Origin: Lytechinus pictus
Lineage: Eukaryota
Length of the DNA: 64,000 nucleotides
Assembly (NCBI RefSeq): GCF_037042905.1
Contig: NC_087251.1
Coordinates: forward strand, 23,004,001-23,068,000
Direction of reading: 5' to 3'
The position numbers and the translations under genes are program-made. Within the stretch, counting starts at the first letter, position 1. Every line of letters begins with the position of its first letter. The notes below the pieces were generated by a model. The model did no database searches. It was not told the DNA's origin and saw only the letters and a program-made list of their open reading frames with translations. Positions 62,104-64,000 of the stretch are shown piece by piece.

Positions 62104-64000
62104 CTAACTAAAAACACTGATGCAGGGGACAGGCTGGGGGTGTGGAGGGGCCGGGGGAGGTGGGGTAATATCCGGCGCATAGCTAGCAAAGCGACCTATG
62201 TCTGGGCCTATGTCTGGACCTATGTCTGGACAACAGGTGTTGTTCCGAAGCAGACCAAGTAGCGATGAGGGGTTACCTCGAGGATCATATAGAGCAGCGG
62301 CCATGGGGACCCAAGGTCGCGAAAGTCCATAGGCGAGTCGTAGTGAGGCCATCAAAATTCCTGTAGTAGGGCCCATCTTGAGGGTGGTGTGATGACAATC
62401 TCGGGCAGTTCCACTGGTACATGAAGTGGAGACATCGCGAACACGTTGGACGTCGGGGGGTCGACCCATGGGAACCGAGATGTTGGTACTCATAAGAACT
62501 GTACCCAGGCTGGGGATCACATCAGAGGCGGTATCCCTCACAGGCTGGTAGGTGGAGTCATCATGGTATCGGTCTAGAGGACATTGGAATTCCTCATCCT
62601 GGACAGTGGTGGCTATGGCATCAACCACAAAAGAGCTGGAGTGAACAACACCATGTTGGTAAATATGGACATCTGGGGGGTGTCCTTGGGGGACCAGGGC
62701 ATCCTCAAGCTGAAGAGAATGTGGTGGATCCTGACGTAGATCAGGGATGGTACTTTGCTCAAAGCAGTCCATGGTGAACTTCCGATCAGCACCTGGATCA
62801 ATGGCTCTAGTTGGGTTAACTGGAGATAACTGAATGTGAGACGATGGCTCGAGCATATACAGGCGCAGTTGATGTGTTGTCATGTCAACGGAGGTACTGC
62901 TCGCTTGGCTGATAGCGAGACCGGCTATTCTATCATTCGTACATGCGAACCGAACGGAGGTATTGTTAGTTTGGCCGATAGCGAGATCGAGAACGGCTAT
63001 TCTATCATTCGAACATGCGAACCGAACGGAGGTATTGTTAGTTTGGCCGAGAGCGAGATCGAGAACGGCTATTCTATCATTCGAACATGCGAACCGAACA
63101 GAGGTATTGTTAGTTTGGCCGATAGCGAGATCGAGAACGGCTAGCCTATCGTTCGAATGTGTGAATCGAAAACGAGTGCCTGTATGTGAATGGTGCATGC
63201 ACTGTTCGGGCGTGTGATGAGTGAACAGTGTATCAGAGCGCAAGAGCCTATCAGCCCCGTCAATGCAGGTAGAAGTTGGCACAATCTGGAAACCAGGAGT
63301 ACTGCCAGGGATAACTGACAAGTCTTTGCACGTTTCATCTCTCTCTGATGAACCAACATAGCGAACATTGCTATCAACAACATCACAGAAATTCAACTGA
63401 TCTTTACTCGCACCAAGTGTGCAAGTGCCTGATAACATATCAAGTGAAGGGGGATCACATCCCAGTCCAACAGTGAGTTCATGACCTTGGAAACGATCAG
63501 GCTCCGATAAACAATCATCATCGGTAGGAATACCCGGATTACATACCACATCATTGTGAGAACCATGATCATCATTAGCTACATGCATTGCCGACAACTC
63601 AGCAGCGCAACCATCAAGATTAACAGAATGTGTTACAAGGTCGGTTAAATCTAAATCTCCGGACGATATAGCTCTAGACCCATCTAACTCAACGCTAAAC
63701 CTCGAAGAATCGCTAGTGTGAACAGGCCTACTCCAATCACCTGTCACTCCAATGTTACAACCATAATGAAACACGTCATGACTACTTCTTCCATCTTCTC
63801 GCAAAGCAATGTCATCAACATCACGACTGGGGATACCACCTTCGTCTGCATGTACAAAGCTAAACTCCTTGGCATTGTCTTTACGTTTATTTTCATCACT
63901 TCCATCATCAGATCTCAACTCATCATTAACATTGTCTTCATGTTTATTTTCATCACTTCCTACATCACATCTCAACTCATTATCATTGACATTGTCTTCA
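62104..64000 (-). CDS. Unidentified intronless ORF, >630 aa, 5'-partial, probably transposon-associated
   Basis: Frame stays open to the window edge (EDNVNDNELR...); acidic N-terminal repeats, 24-aa repeats, Pro-rich end; no recognisable domain. Confidence 0.45.
   Translation of the reverse strand, partial: EDNVNDNELRCDVGSDENKHEDNVNDELRSDDGSDENKRKDNAKEFSFVHADEGGIPSRDVDDIALREDGRSSHDVFHYGCNIGVTGDWSRPVHTSDSSRFSVELDGSRAISSGDLDLTDLVTHSVNLDGCAAELSAMHVANDDHGSHNDVVCNPGIPTDDDCLSEPDRFQGHELTVGLGCDPPSLDMLSGTCTLGASKDQLNFCDVVDSNVRYVGSSERDETCKDLSVIPGSTPGFQIVPTSTCIDGADRLLRSDTLFTHHTPEQCMHHSHTGTRFRFTHSNDRLAVLDLAIGQTNNTSVRFACSNDRIAVLDLALGQTNNTSVRFACSNDRIAVLDLAIGQTNNTSVRFACTNDRIAGLAISQASSTSVDMTTHQLRLYMLEPSSHIQLSPVNPTRAIDPGADRKFTMDCFEQSTIPDLRQDPPHSLQLEDALVPQGHPPDVHIYQHGVVHSSSFVVDAIATTVQDEEFQCPLDRYHDDSTYQPVRDTASDVIPSLGTVLMSTNISVPMGRPPDVQRVRDVSTSCTSGTARDCHHTTLKMGPTTGILMASLRLAYGLSRPWVPMAAALYDPRGNPSSLLGLLRNNTCCPDIGPDIGPDIGRFASYAPDITPPPPAPPHPQPVPCISVFS
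62906..63160. repeat. 72-bp in-frame tandem repeat (~3.5 copies)
   Basis: Encodes NDRIAVLDLAIGQTNNTSVRFACS repeats on the minus strand. Confidence 0.9.

Overview
AT-rich, intron-rich animal genomic DNA; it looks marine-invertebrate or sea-urchin-like, which is inference from repeat content only. (1) Plus strand, 1-42755: the 3' part (5' end upstream of the window) of a large multi-exon gene. It has 24 splice-competent single-EGF phase-1 exons, a two-exon SEA domain with a GFSNG/SLVV cleavage-type motif, a 4-Cys mini-exon, two more EGF exons, a 14-nt microexon, and a two-exon Ly6/uPAR (LU) domain ending in a GPI-type signal. More than 1,100 aa are visible. The first ~17 kb is a young higher-order tandem array of exon+intron units. 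In it, all ten copies of one EGF exon class are splice-defective, and nine of them read through to an in-frame stop. (2) Minus strand, 48596-58686: an 8-exon ADAT3/TAD3 gene (tRNA A34 deaminase non-catalytic subunit, ~317 aa) whose C-terminal coding segment is tandemly recopied into its 3' UTR. (3) Many non-autonomous transposons (TTAA-flanked MITEs, Helentron/HINE-like elements, a foldback element with a 9-bp TSD) and two 5'-truncated L2/CR1 LINEs. (4) An unidentified repeat-containing ORF running off the right edge. All coordinates were read by eye and no searches were run.
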